A stretch of 64,000 nucleotides of DNA from Candidatus Parcubacteria bacterium (lineage in GTDB: Bacteria; Patescibacteriota; Minisyncoccia; UBA6257; 2-01-FULL-56-20): NCBI GenBank assembly GCA_027450205.1, contig DAIDJL010000002.1:93758-157757 (forward strand). Direction: 5' to 3'. The position numbers and the translations under genes were made by a program. The notes beneath the pieces were generated by a model. That model was given only the letters and a program-made list of their open reading frames with translations. It was not told the DNA's origin and searched no databases. Positions 23,674 to 33,081 of the stretch are shown here, one piece after another (the stretch's first letter is position 1; the number at the start of each line of letters is the position of its first letter).

Positions 23674-26600
23674 CTACACCTTTCGTATCGCCACCCACGC
23701 TTCCTCGCCATTGATCTTTGTCGCTTCCTCCGCGGTAAACTTATCGGAGCGGGCATAGAGCGTCTCGGTCGTACCGGTTGTCATTTTGAACGCTTCCTCA
23801 TTGGAAGCGATCGCATTTTTTACTTCCATCGGCAACTCCATCATCGCAATGATCTTATCCTTCGACTGAAGTCCGGCCTTCTGCCGCAACTCCTGGAACA
23901 TGCGCGCCACCTCGCGTACCAATCCTTCCTCGCGAAGCGCGGGCGTGATCTCGGTATCGAGCTCGACTTCGTTCGCCAGCTCCGGCACAAAAACGATCTC
24001 CTTCACATTGATCTCGCTCTTTAATATGTCGAGCAGGCCCGCGGCCCGCACCGTCGCTTCCGCGCCGCGCACGGAAAGCTTCGCGAGCGGCTGGCGCACT
24101 TTTATCTTCGCCGCCGCGCGAGCGGCGAGACCCAGGCTCGCGAGGCGCCGGATCTCCGCCATGCTCTCCAGCAATTCCTTGCGCTCTTTTTCGCCAAGCG
24201 AGAACTCAGCCTTCGGCCACGATTCCAGATGCACCGAACCGGCGCCATCCGCAGGCGCGAGCTCAAGATAGATCGCCTCGGCGAGAAATGGCATGAATGG
24301 TGCGATCGTTCTGCTTACCGCGAGCAGGGTCCCGCGCATCGTCTCGAAGAACGCGGCATCCTTGCGCTTGCGCGAGCGTCGCAGATACCACGTCGAAAGA
24401 TCGTCCACGTATTCCTGGATCGCGCGCGTGGCGCGAACCGTGTCGTATGCGTCGAGCGACACGGTCACCGTTTCCACGAGTTCGCCGGTGCGCGTGCGGA
24501 TCCAAAGATCGAGCAGGTTGCCTTCGGCGCCATCGCCGGCCTCCCCGGCGCCATTTGCCGCTCCGGCAAAATTTTCCACGATCTCATCGTTCCGATACGT
24601 CGCGTAATATTTATAGACGTTCAAAAGCAGCGAACCCACCTTCCGGTAGACGCCCTCGACGCCCTTCTCGGAAAAACTGAGATTATCCGCCTGCATCACG
24701 GTCGAATTCATCAAATAGAAACGCAGGGCGTCAGCGCCGAATTTATCGATGAGCAATTTTGGATCGGGGAAATTGTTCTTTGACTTGCTCATTTTAGAAC
24801 CATCCTCGGCGAGGATCGTTCCCGTCGTAACCACGTTCTCGAACGGCGCATGACCGAACAAAATGTACGACACGACATGCGAAAGATAGAACCACGCGCG
24901 CGTCTGTGCGATATACTCCGCCACGAATTGCGCGGGGAAATGGTGCTTGAACTCCTTCTCGTTTTCGAACGGATAATGGTATTCGGCGAACGGCATGGAG
25001 CCCGCCTCGATCCAGGAATCGAAGATCTCCGTCGTACGGCGCATGGCGCCGCCGCACTTCGTGCACGGGAACGTGACGTCATCGATGTACGGCCGGTGGA
25101 GATCCGCCTCGCCGCTGTCGTTGCGCGGCACTGCTTTGACATCCAGCTTGCGGATCTCGGCAAAACCGATGAAATCCGGACCGCGCTTTTCCTTTTCTTC
25201 CGTCGCACGCTTCTCGCTCCACGCCTCCGCGGAATGCGTCAGCATCCAGATCGGATATTCATGCGAAACAAGCAGGATATTTTTCCCTTCATATTTTTCC
25301 TCGCACTCCTTCAAAAATCCCCACATGCGCGCGCGGAGATCACGCAGGGACTCCCCGCCCTCCGGGGGATTCGAAAAACGTTCCGCGTACGTCGGGAATA
25401 ACTGCGCATACTTTTCATCTTGATAACCGGTGAGCGTCGGCCCGAGATGGATCTCCTCCAGGCGTGCATCAACCAACTCTTTCTCTCCGGTCAAGACCGT
25501 TGCGACGATATGCTCCGTGTCCTTCGTACGCGTGATATCCGAAGCGATGACGATATCGATCTTCTTGTGTTCTTTCGCCAGTTCCTTTTTGAACTTCTCC
25601 GCCGAAGCGAGCACCTGCTCCTTGCCGCGGGGGGTAAGATGCAGATATTTCCGCTGTCCGGAATCCATGATATCGAACATATTGCTCTCCGCTTCGCCGT
25701 GGCGCATCACCCAATAATTGTTACGCGAGCCACCCGCTTTTTCGGAAAGCTCTTCCATGCTCCCTACCACCTCCACGTGATCGCATCCTTCGCACTTCCA
25801 CACCGGCACCGGATTGCCCCAGTAGCGGTTGCGCGAGATGTTCCAGTCCGGTGCGGCCTCCACGCTCTTTTGATACCGGCCATTTTTGAGATGCTCCGGG
25901 AACCAGTTCATTTCTTTTTGGTTCGAATCAAGCAACCCTTGTTTTATCTTTTGAATGTTCACGAACCACGCCGGAATGGCATTGTAGAAAAGCGCGGTGC
26001 CGCACCGCCAGCAATGCGGATACGAGTGGGTATATTTTTCCTTTTTGAAAAGCAGCCCGCGCTTTTCCAGATCTTCCATCACCAGCTTGTCCGCCTTTTT
26101 AAAGTACTGCCCGCGCAAAAACTCCGGCGCCTTGTCGTTGAACAGGCCGCGGTCGTCGAGCATCGGCACCACCGGCAACCCCACCTTTACGCCCAGCGCA
26201 TAGTCATCCTCGCCGTACACGACGGCCGTATGTACGATACCCGTACCGTCCTCGGTCGTCACAAAATCTGCCGGATACACTTTGTACGATTTCTCCGACC
26301 GCATCGCGGACACCTCAAAGAGCGGCTCGTACTCAAGGCCGACGAGATTCGATCCTTTTATATCTTCGTGCACGATCTCGATCTCCTGATCGCCAAAAAC
26401 TTTTTTGACGAGATCACTTGCAACAATATAAAGCCCCTCGGCGTCTTTAAGCCGAAGTGCGGTATATGCCATTTTCTCCCCCACCGCCAATGCAACGTTT
26501 CCCGGCAGTGTCCACGGTGTCGTAGTCCAAGCGATCAGATATGCGGTGTCTTTTGTTGTATAGTCGCCAAATTTCTGGCCAGCTTTGAGATGAAACTTCA

Positions 26601-27252
26601 CATACACCGACTCCTCCGTCACGTCCTTATAGCTGTTGTCCATCGCCACCTCAAAATTGGAGAGCGGCGTTTCGCAGCGCGGGCAGTACAAAAGCACCTT
26701 GCGGCCCTCGTAGATCAGGTCCTTGTCGAACATCTGTTTAAATCCCCACCACACCGATTCCATGAAATCGGTGTCGAGCGTCTTATACGAGTTGTCGAAA
26801 TCAACCCAGCGCGCGATGCGGCGGACCATCTGTCGCCACTCGGAGACGTACATGAGCACCATGCTTCGGCATGTCTCATTGAACTTCTTGATGCCGATCT
26901 CTTCGATCTGTTTTTTGCCGGAGATGCCAAGCTTGCGCTCCACGACCTCCTCGATCGGCAACCCGTGACAGTCCCATCCCCACCGGCGGCGCACAAAGCG
27001 GCCGTTCATGGTCTGGTAACGCGGCACGACATCTTTTATGGTGGACGCCAAGAGGTGCCCGTAGTGCGGAAGTCCCGTGGCGAACGGCGGGCCGTCATAG
27101 AACGTGAACGGCTTTCCATCTGCCGTCTGCCCAAGGCTCTTTTCAAAAGTTTTATGCTCATCCCAAAACGCGAGCATTTTTTCTTCCATCTCTGGAAGCG
27201 TCACCTCGCCTTCGAGAAAATGCGGCATATGATGGGGTGTTTCCTTTGCCAT
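23674..27252 (-). CDS. ileS: Isoleucine--tRNA ligase (type 2) with an inserted histidine-phosphatase (PGM-like) domain
   Basis: FYDGPPFATGLPHYGH (HIGH region), WTTTPWTLP editing domain, GSKMSKSKNN (KMSKS). Residues about 507-716 contain RHGEAESN ... GGESLRDLRAR ... LLVSHEY. Confidence 0.9.
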   Translation of the reverse strand: MAKETPHHMPHFLEGEVTLPEMEEKMLAFWDEHKTFEKSLGQTADGKPFTFYDGPPFATGLPHYGHLLASTIKDVVPRYQTMNGRFVRRRWGWDCHGLPIEEVVERKLGISGKKQIEEIGIKKFNETCRSMVLMYVSEWRQMVRRIARWVDFDNSYKTLDTDFMESVWWGFKQMFDKDLIYEGRKVLLYCPRCETPLSNFEVAMDNSYKDVTEESVYVKFHLKAGQKFGDYTTKDTAYLIAWTTTPWTLPGNVALAVGEKMAYTALRLKDAEGLYIVASDLVKKVFGDQEIEIVHEDIKGSNLVGLEYEPLFEVSAMRSEKSYKVYPADFVTTEDGTGIVHTAVVYGEDDYALGVKVGLPVVPMLDDRGLFNDKAPEFLRGQYFKKADKLVMEDLEKRGLLFKKEKYTHSYPHCWRCGTALFYNAIPAWFVNIQKIKQGLLDSNQKEMNWFPEHLKNGRYQKSVEAAPDWNISRNRYWGNPVPVWKCEGCDHVEVVGSMEELSEKAGGSRNNYWVMRHGEAESNMFDIMDSGQRKYLHLTPRGKEQVLASAEKFKKELAKEHKKIDIVIASDITRTKDTEHIVATVLTGEKELVDARLEEIHLGPTLTGYQDEKYAQLFPTYAERFSNPPEGGESLRDLRARMWGFLKECEEKYEGKNILLVSHEYPIWMLTHSAEAWSEKRATEEKEKRGPDFIGFAEIRKLDVKAVPRNDSGEADLHRPYIDDVTFPCTKCGGAMRRTTEIFDSWIEAGSMPFAEYHYPFENEKEFKHHFPAQFVAEYIAQTRAWFYLSHVVSYILFGHAPFENVVTTGTILAEDGSKMSKSKNNFPDPKLLIDKFGADALRFYLMNSTVMQADNLSFSEKGVEGVYRKVGSLLLNVYKYYATYRNDEIVENFAGAANGAGEAGDGAEGNLLDLWIRTRTGELVETVTVSLDAYDTVRATRAIQEYVDDLSTWYLRRSRKRKDAAFFETMRGTLLAVSRTIAPFMPFLAEAIYLELAPADGAGSVHLESWPKAEFSLGEKERKELLESMAEIRRLASLGLAARAAAKIKVRQPLAKLSVRGAEATVRAAGLLDILKSEINVKEIVFVPELANEVELDTEITPALREEGLVREVARMFQELRQKAGLQSKDKIIAMMELPMEVKNAIASNEEAFKMTTGTTETLYARSDKFTAEEATKINGEEAWVAIRKV

Positions 27253-27352
27253 CCCTATAAAATAGCAGGTTTTTGATGATTTATAAAGAAAACGGGCTCC
27301 CTGTTTGGAACAGAGAGCCCTCGATCGTTCATCGATCTATCGGACGGAACAT

Positions 27353-27652
27353 CTATCTCTTTCTGCGTGCGGGAAGCAGAAGCAGCTCGGGAAGAAGGTA
27401 ATGCCGTCCGGGGTTATCGCTCGAGGCGATCGCAATGTGCAATCCGGGACGTTTCCTGCTGACCCTCAGCCCTGGCACGGTATGCCAGCGGGTGCTCAAC
27501 TCCAATACGGACGGTTCTTTCAGCGGAAGAACGAATGCCCCTTTGGGGAAAATATTTTTCCCCACCCGGACAAATTTCGTTCCCACGCTGATCTGCGCCT
27601 CCTGCCTGAGGACAAGCTTCGTCGGCGCCGTTGCTTCGGTTACTATGGCCAT
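27353..27652 (-). CDS. Hypothetical small protein
   Basis: 99 aa from MAIVTEATAPTK; GGAG SD 6 nt upstream; no family recognised. Confidence 0.4.
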   Translation of the reverse strand: MAIVTEATAPTKLVLRQEAQISVGTKFVRVGKNIFPKGAFVLPLKEPSVLELSTRWHTVPGLRVSRKRPGLHIAIASSDNPGRHYLLPELLLLPARRKR

Positions 27653-27707
27653 TTCTCGCTCCGCGGCGGGGAAAACCCACCGAACTGCGAAGAGCATACC
27701 TTAAATG

Positions 27708-29420
27708 CTAGATTTTTTCAAGCGTCTTTATACCAAGCAATCCAAGTCCTTTTTGCAAAACCCGCGCCGCAGTGGCAATGAGCAACAGCCGTGCGTCGCG
27801 GCGCGCGATATCTTCGTCCTTCAATATCGGCGTCGTCTCGTAAAATTTATTCGCAGCTACGGCAAGCTTGTAGAGATACACGGCAAGCGTACTCGTGGAA
27901 TACAGCTCGCCCGCGCGCTCCACGACGTCGGGGAACTCGAACAGTTTCCGCATCAGCGCAAGCTCGGCGGCCCGCTCGAGCAACGACGCGTTTATCGCGC
28001 CCGGACGAAGCCGCAGAGACGAGGCCTTTGACTTGCGCAAAATGCTTTTCAGCCGCGCATAGGTGTATTGCAAATATGGCCCGCTGTCGCCGGAAAAATC
28101 CAGCATCTTCTCCCAGTTGAAAACGATATCCGTGGTGCGATTCTCTTTAAGATCGTTATATTTGAGCGCACCCATCGCCACTACGAAGGCGATCTCACGT
28201 TTTTTGTCCGGCGGGAGATCCGGGTTTTTCGCCTCTATGACCTCGCGCGCCTTGACGACCGCATCATCAAGAAGGCCCTCGAGCATCTCCGCGGTCCCTT
28301 CGCGCGTAGAAAGCTTCTTCCCGCCTTCGCCGAGTACCAAGCCGTATTTTATGTGCTTCAGCTCAGCGACATCGCCCAGCCCGAGCTTTTTCGCCACCGC
28401 AAAAAGCTGTTCGAATGCAAGCGATTGCTCGTTGCCCACCACATATAATATCTTCGCCGGTCTATATTTTTTGAGACGGTAGCGGAGATTCGCGATATCG
28501 CGGGTAAGATACAGGCTCGCGCCGTCGGACTTTCGGATGAGCGCCGGCGGCAATCCGACGTCGTTAAGGTTCACCACGATGGCGCCCTCGCTCTGCTCGG
28601 CGATATTTCTGTCCGTAAGCTCCTTTACCGTAGCCTTCATCTCGCGCTCGAACGACGCCTCCCCCATCCATTCATCAAAATCCACATCGAGAATACGGTA
28701 TATCTTCATGAACTCCTTGAGAGATTCTTTCTTGAACCACTCCCATAATTTCCGGTTCTCACGATCGCCGTCCTCGAGTTTTTTAAACTCCTCCCGTCCG
28801 CGCTTTTCGAGCTCGGGATTCGTCTTCATCTCTGCGTGGAATCGTACATATAATTTTTGCAATTCCTCTATGGGATCCTTCTCCACCAGCTTTTTGTCGC
28901 CCCACATCTTGTATGCGGCGATGAGCTTGCCGAATTGCGTACCCCAGTCGCCGAGGTAGTTCCACCGCACCACGCGGTAGCCGGAAAGCTCGAGGATATT
29001 CGCAAGCGCGGCGCCGATGATCGTCGTGCGCATGTGTCCGACATGCATCTTTTTTGCGATGTTCGGCTGGGAATATTCCACGATCACCGTGCGCCCGCCA
29101 CCGACATTCCCCGCGCCATAGTTTTTATCCGCCGCGACGCGCTTGAACTCGTCCTGCGCCGCCGCATCGCTCACCCAAAAATTGACGAATCCGGGCGCCG
29201 CCGCCTCCACTTTTTGGAAAAACCCGGCGGGCGCTGCGGCGGCTATTTTTGCGGCATATTCCTTTGCAAGTTCGAGCGGCGGAACGCCCTTTATCTTCGC
29301 CTGGCGCAAAGCGATATTGGTCGAATAATGCCCAAAAAGCTCCTCGTCGGGAATGGAGATGTCCACCGGGGCATCGGCGTTCAGTATTTTCCTCACTATT
29401 TCTGAGATTTTTTTGGTCAT
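27708..29420 (-). CDS. argS: Arginine--tRNA ligase
   Basis: Start at MTKKISEIV; class I HVGH motif (AKKMHVGHMRT); 571 aa. The ORF-track upstream extension is low-complexity and runs into the intergenic region. Confidence 0.9.
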   Translation of the reverse strand: MTKKISEIVRKILNADAPVDISIPDEELFGHYSTNIALRQAKIKGVPPLELAKEYAAKIAAAAPAGFFQKVEAAAPGFVNFWVSDAAAQDEFKRVAADKNYGAGNVGGGRTVIVEYSQPNIAKKMHVGHMRTTIIGAALANILELSGYRVVRWNYLGDWGTQFGKLIAAYKMWGDKKLVEKDPIEELQKLYVRFHAEMKTNPELEKRGREEFKKLEDGDRENRKLWEWFKKESLKEFMKIYRILDVDFDEWMGEASFEREMKATVKELTDRNIAEQSEGAIVVNLNDVGLPPALIRKSDGASLYLTRDIANLRYRLKKYRPAKILYVVGNEQSLAFEQLFAVAKKLGLGDVAELKHIKYGLVLGEGGKKLSTREGTAEMLEGLLDDAVVKAREVIEAKNPDLPPDKKREIAFVVAMGALKYNDLKENRTTDIVFNWEKMLDFSGDSGPYLQYTYARLKSILRKSKASSLRLRPGAINASLLERAAELALMRKLFEFPDVVERAGELYSTSTLAVYLYKLAVAANKFYETTPILKDEDIARRDARLLLIATAARVLQKGLGLLGIKTLEKI

Positions 29421-29454
29421 TGACAAAATAAATATATGAATGCCATAATGCAGG

Positions 29455-29628
29455 CGCAGTGGGCTCCGACCGGAAGCGGCGCGGGTAGCCCCTGCAAAAG
29501 CCTCTGTTCTGAGGCATGTGAGGCGGCATACTCTTGATGCCCACCGGGTCGAGCGGACCTCCCGCAACGCAGCCATGCCAGTGGGGGCAGCGGCTGGCGA
29601 ACGGAGATCTTGCCTTGGGCCCACTGCG
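29455..29628 (+). ncRNA. Unassigned GC-rich structured element closed by a 10-bp helix; strand uncertain, with a T-run on the plus strand
   Basis: cgcagtgggc at 29455-29464 pairs gcccactgcg at 29619-29628; a second tier tccg/cgga lies inside; followed by gtttcctttcgc...ctgctttttt. The flanking intergenic DNA is AT-rich. Confidence 0.35.
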
Positions 29629-29775
29629 TTTCCTTTCGCTAATTCACTGCTTTTTTACAATTTCCATTGTAACACCTCACAACAGCCCCGCACCATACTT
29701 ATCTCTATATAAAAAATGGTGCGGGGCATTTATACATTTACGGGCAGGATCGGACAATTAAGGTAAAATGAATCC

Positions 29776-30225
29776 ATGGACACATCCACGAACACCATCG
29801 CGGAAAATCGCCGGGCGCGCTTTGACTACGACGTCTCGCAAAAGTACGAAGCAGGCATCGAGCTTAAGGGGTATGAAGTAAAAAGCGCGAAAGGCGGCCG
29901 GTTTCAGGTTGCCGGCGCGCACGTGCTCATCCGCGGCGGAGAGGCATGGCTCGTGAACTCGCACATCCCGCCGTACCAGGCGGGCAACACTCCGTCGGAC
30001 CACGAAGAGGACCGTGCGCGCCGGCTGTTATTGTCAAAGCTGGAAATCAAAGAGTTGCAGGGCGCGCTCGTTGATAAAGCGCAACACCTCATCCCGCTCC
30101 GCGCGTACTTAAAGCACGGCCTGATCAAGATCGAGCTCGGCCTCGGCCGGTCGCGCAAAAAATCGGACAAACGCGAAGCGATCAAAAAACGCGCGCACCA
30201 TCGCGAGATGCGGGGCGGAGAATAA
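29776..30225 (+). CDS. smpB: SsrA-binding protein
   Basis: 149 aa; RARFDY ... GIELKGYEVKS ... typical SmpB. Confidence 0.9.
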   Translation: MDTSTNTIAENRRARFDYDVSQKYEAGIELKGYEVKSAKGGRFQVAGAHVLIRGGEAWLVNSHIPPYQAGNTPSDHEEDRARRLLLSKLEIKELQGALVDKAQHLIPLRAYLKHGLIKIELGLGRSRKKSDKREAIKKRAHHREMRGGE

Positions 30226-30274
30226 GCAAATTGTCCCGCCGGACGGCCATCTGTCCGAAGATGGGGCGGTTCAC

Positions 30275-31009
30275 TTATTGTCCCGTCGAGGACGCGATCG
30301 CCGCATTCAGTGTTTTTTCGAAATCGCTGAGGCTCGTGGGGTTCGGGATCTGTTTGAGGTTTACGAAAAACGTCGGCGTATGATCGATGGATGCGGCATT
30401 GCCGCCAGCCACATCGGTTTGGATCTTATTCGCCACCGATGTCGCATTGATGTCATTATTGAACTGGCTCACGTTGAGCCCGATCGACTGCGCGTATCCG
30501 TCAAAATACTGGGATGCCACCTGCGCGGGAGTGAGGGCGGTGTTGGTTGACCATTCCGATTGCTTCGTATAAAGCAGATCATGCATCGCCCAATATTTTG
30601 CCGGGCCGCCTTCCAATCCCGCCGCCTCCGCCGCTTCCGCAGAAATGCCCGCGAACGGATGGATGGTATAGAGCGGGAAGTTTCGGAATACGAAAAGCAC
30701 CGTACTGCTGTAATTCTGCACGAGCTGCTTCACGACCGGATAATATTCGCCGCACGCCGGGCATTCAAAATCGCCGTATTCAATGAGCGAAACTTTTGCC
30801 TTTGGATTCCCCTCCGTCCAATCCGCCGGCGTGATGGCGGGCACCACCGTCGCGACGAACCCGTTCGGCGTGGCGCTGCTGCCCGATGATCCGCTGGAGT
30901 ATGCCCCCGCAATGATCACGCCCGCCGTTACCAGTACGATGAATCCCACAATGAACCAGATCGTTGCCTTATTCGCCTGCCCCCGGCGCGCCATAGTGAT
31001 ATTTTGCAT
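30275..31009 (-). CDS. DsbA-family thiol:disulfide oxidoreductase, membrane-anchored
   Basis: N-terminal TM helix, FECPACG CxxC motif, 244 aa. Confidence 0.75.
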   Translation of the reverse strand: MQNITMARRGQANKATIWFIVGFIVLVTAGVIIAGAYSSGSSGSSATPNGFVATVVPAITPADWTEGNPKAKVSLIEYGDFECPACGEYYPVVKQLVQNYSSTVLFVFRNFPLYTIHPFAGISAEAAEAAGLEGGPAKYWAMHDLLYTKQSEWSTNTALTPAQVASQYFDGYAQSIGLNVSQFNNDINATSVANKIQTDVAGGNAASIDHTPTFFVNLKQIPNPTSLSDFEKTLNAAIASSTGQ

Positions 31010-31067
31010 AGTCCATATATCTTACCAATTTTTAATAAAAAAGCTAACAAGCGGGCAGGGCGCGCAA

Positions 31068-31104
31068 TAAAAGAAAAACCGCTGCGCATGGTTGTGCGCA
31101 GCGG
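31068..31104 (-). terminator. Rho-independent terminator for the 33807->31110 operon
   Basis: 10-bp stem ccgctgcgca/tgcgcagcgg followed by a T-run on the minus strand. Confidence 0.55.
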
Positions 31105-31109
31105 CCGGA

Positions 31110-32192
31110 TCAGTTCTGAAAATACCTGCGATAGCCGTCATCGCCAAGATAGGGAAGGCGCTTGTCGACCCCATAGATGAAACCGAGAACGATGCCGGCG
31201 TCATTTTCGAGACCGTCAAAGCTTTCGTGGTGATCCATCCAGTACTCCCCAAGCCGGTGCCATACCCCGGCCACCAGGAGCGCTGCGGTCGGACCGACAT
31301 CCATGAAGTTCGGACTGACGATCTCGGCGTTTACCGAGTACGCTTCATCGAGCGTTACGCTCTGGATAAGCCCCCCATCGATGGCTTTCTCGTAGTTGAA
31401 ACCGCCGCCGATGCGCTTGAGCTCCTCGAGCTTTTCCCGAGAGCGGCTTCCGGGAACCTTTTCTTTCCCGGGCATTGACGCGACGCCCCATACTTTCATG
31501 CCGGGGAATGCCGGCCGGAGGAATTCATCCTCTGCCGCGACCGTGGAGCATGTTCCGGTCACTGCCGCCGCGAACGAAAGGTTGCTTCCGATCCAGGTAT
31601 GGTTACGTACATATTCGTACCGCGCCAACCGCGGAAGATCGCGGATGACGTGATCCATCGTCCACTTGTGGCCGAGAACGCTCCCTCTGTGGGTGTATTG
31701 GTCTATCAAGTGAAAGTTCGGTGTACCCACCAGTTCGTATGCGTAATCGGTGCCGGTGGATCCTTCCGGAACCCACAGGATATTCTCCGGGTTCACGCCG
31801 TTCGCCTCGAGCTGATCGATCTTTCCCTTGGGGACAGACCGTTCAATGATCGGACGGAATTCCTTATAGGAGAACATCGGCGCGATCGCCGCCATCATCG
31901 CGGCCCAATTTGCCGATGAAGCTCCGCCAACGATCGTTTCCGGCGTAAACTTCCCCTCCGCTTCGTCCATCAAAGATGCCCTGAGCGCCGGCTGGAGTTT
32001 TCCGTTGAAAACCTCCAGGTCACCGCCGGAAAGGATGCAAATCCTGACCTTTTTTGCAGCCTTCCGCCATGGTTGGGATTTCACAAAAGACGGGGTCGGC
32101 ATCCATTTGAGCGGCGGTAAGCCGTTTTCCACGATGCCAAGCACGTGCTTCCGCATTGCCTTCCTGTCTGCCTCATCCAGTGTTTTTTTCAT
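31110..32192 (-). CDS. Hypothetical protein (360 aa), last gene of a three-gene operon
   Basis: No confident family; ICILSGGD near the N-terminus; co-oriented and tightly spaced with the TylF-like and CofE-like genes. Confidence 0.5.
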   Translation of the reverse strand: MKKTLDEADRKAMRKHVLGIVENGLPPLKWMPTPSFVKSQPWRKAAKKVRICILSGGDLEVFNGKLQPALRASLMDEAEGKFTPETIVGGASSANWAAMMAAIAPMFSYKEFRPIIERSVPKGKIDQLEANGVNPENILWVPEGSTGTDYAYELVGTPNFHLIDQYTHRGSVLGHKWTMDHVIRDLPRLARYEYVRNHTWIGSNLSFAAAVTGTCSTVAAEDEFLRPAFPGMKVWGVASMPGKEKVPGSRSREKLEELKRIGGGFNYEKAIDGGLIQSVTLDEAYSVNAEIVSPNFMDVGPTAALLVAGVWHRLGEYWMDHHESFDGLENDAGIVLGFIYGVDKRLPYLGDDGYRRYFQN

Positions 32193-32268
32193 GATCCCTT
32201 CCTAAAATTTGGAATAGTGCTCCCCATACTATTTACCCAAGGGGTATCGTATGTCAAGAAAAACCCGG

Positions 32269-33069
32269 TCATAGCGATGGATCGTTCTGCTTCCGCACCG
32301 TCACGAACTTCAGCGTGCCCAGCCCCGGCATCGGCGGTTTTTTTATACCGATCTCTTTCTCCCAAAATATGCTGTCATTGAACAGCTCGATGATCCATGG
32401 AAAGTGCGCATCCTGCGAGATGATGATGCCGCCCGGCGGGAGCAACGGATAGAGATAATGGAAGCAGTCGCGCGTGGATTGCACGAGATCGACGTTCACG
32501 CACGCAGCGGCGACCGCCTCACGGAAGCCCGGCATCGTGTCGCTGAAAAATCCTTTGTGGAAATGCGCGCGTGAGGCGTCGCCGTAACGCGCGACGTTGT
32601 TCTTTACCTCTTCGAACGAGACCGCGTGGCTGCCCTTCGGAAAGTGGTGCTCGCGGCCGTAGATGCTTTTGCCGTGCGCCTCGGTATTTTCCGGCATGCC
32701 GGCGAACGAATCGAACACCTCCAGCGGGCGGCCGCATAGCTTCGCCACCAGGCTCAGCTTTGTCGTGCTGCCGCCATGGAACGAACCTGCTTCCACGATC
32801 GCCCCCGGTACTGCGCCGTCCGCTGCGCCGAGATCCAAGATCTGCCGCGAGATCGCGATCATCTCATGCTCGGTGTGCGGGCAATCCACGCAATAGGAAA
32901 TTTTATAAAAGTTCAACACCAGCGCGAGTCGCGCGCCGAACGTTGTCGGCGATTTCGTCCCGCAAAAAATAAATCCAAGCGCCGCAGGAATGTCCTTGGG
33001 TGCGTAATAGATCTTCCTATATATATAGAGGAGCGGCCACTGCTCCTTGAGATATTCACGCAGACTCAT
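32269..33069 (-). CDS. Macrocin-O-methyltransferase (TylF)-like SAM-dependent O-methyltransferase
   Basis: EAGSFHGGST and FDSFAG motifs, 266 aa. Confidence 0.65.
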   Translation of the reverse strand: MSLREYLKEQWPLLYIYRKIYYAPKDIPAALGFIFCGTKSPTTFGARLALVLNFYKISYCVDCPHTEHEMIAISRQILDLGAADGAVPGAIVEAGSFHGGSTTKLSLVAKLCGRPLEVFDSFAGMPENTEAHGKSIYGREHHFPKGSHAVSFEEVKNNVARYGDASRAHFHKGFFSDTMPGFREAVAAACVNVDLVQSTRDCFHYLYPLLPPGGIIISQDAHFPWIIELFNDSIFWEKEIGIKKPPMPGLGTLKFVTVRKQNDPSL

Positions 33070-33081
33070 TGTTTTATTGCT

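Noticed and set aside
25420-27276. 618-aa plus-strand ORF
   Set aside because: Antisense to ileS, which has unambiguous HIGH/KMSKS/editing motifs; low-complexity Arg/His/Leu-rich translation.
29421-29775. tmRNA (because smpB is adjacent), SRP RNA, RNase P RNA, or a T-box leader for argS
   Set aside because: No tag ORF ending in a GCTGCTTAA-type sequence and no T-arm/CCA 3' end; no GGAA-AGCAGC helix-8 motif; no RNase P CR-I/CR-V (ACAGAA...GGCUUA) or GGUAAG motifs; no GGUGGNACCGCG T-box sequence. The element is left unassigned rather than called.
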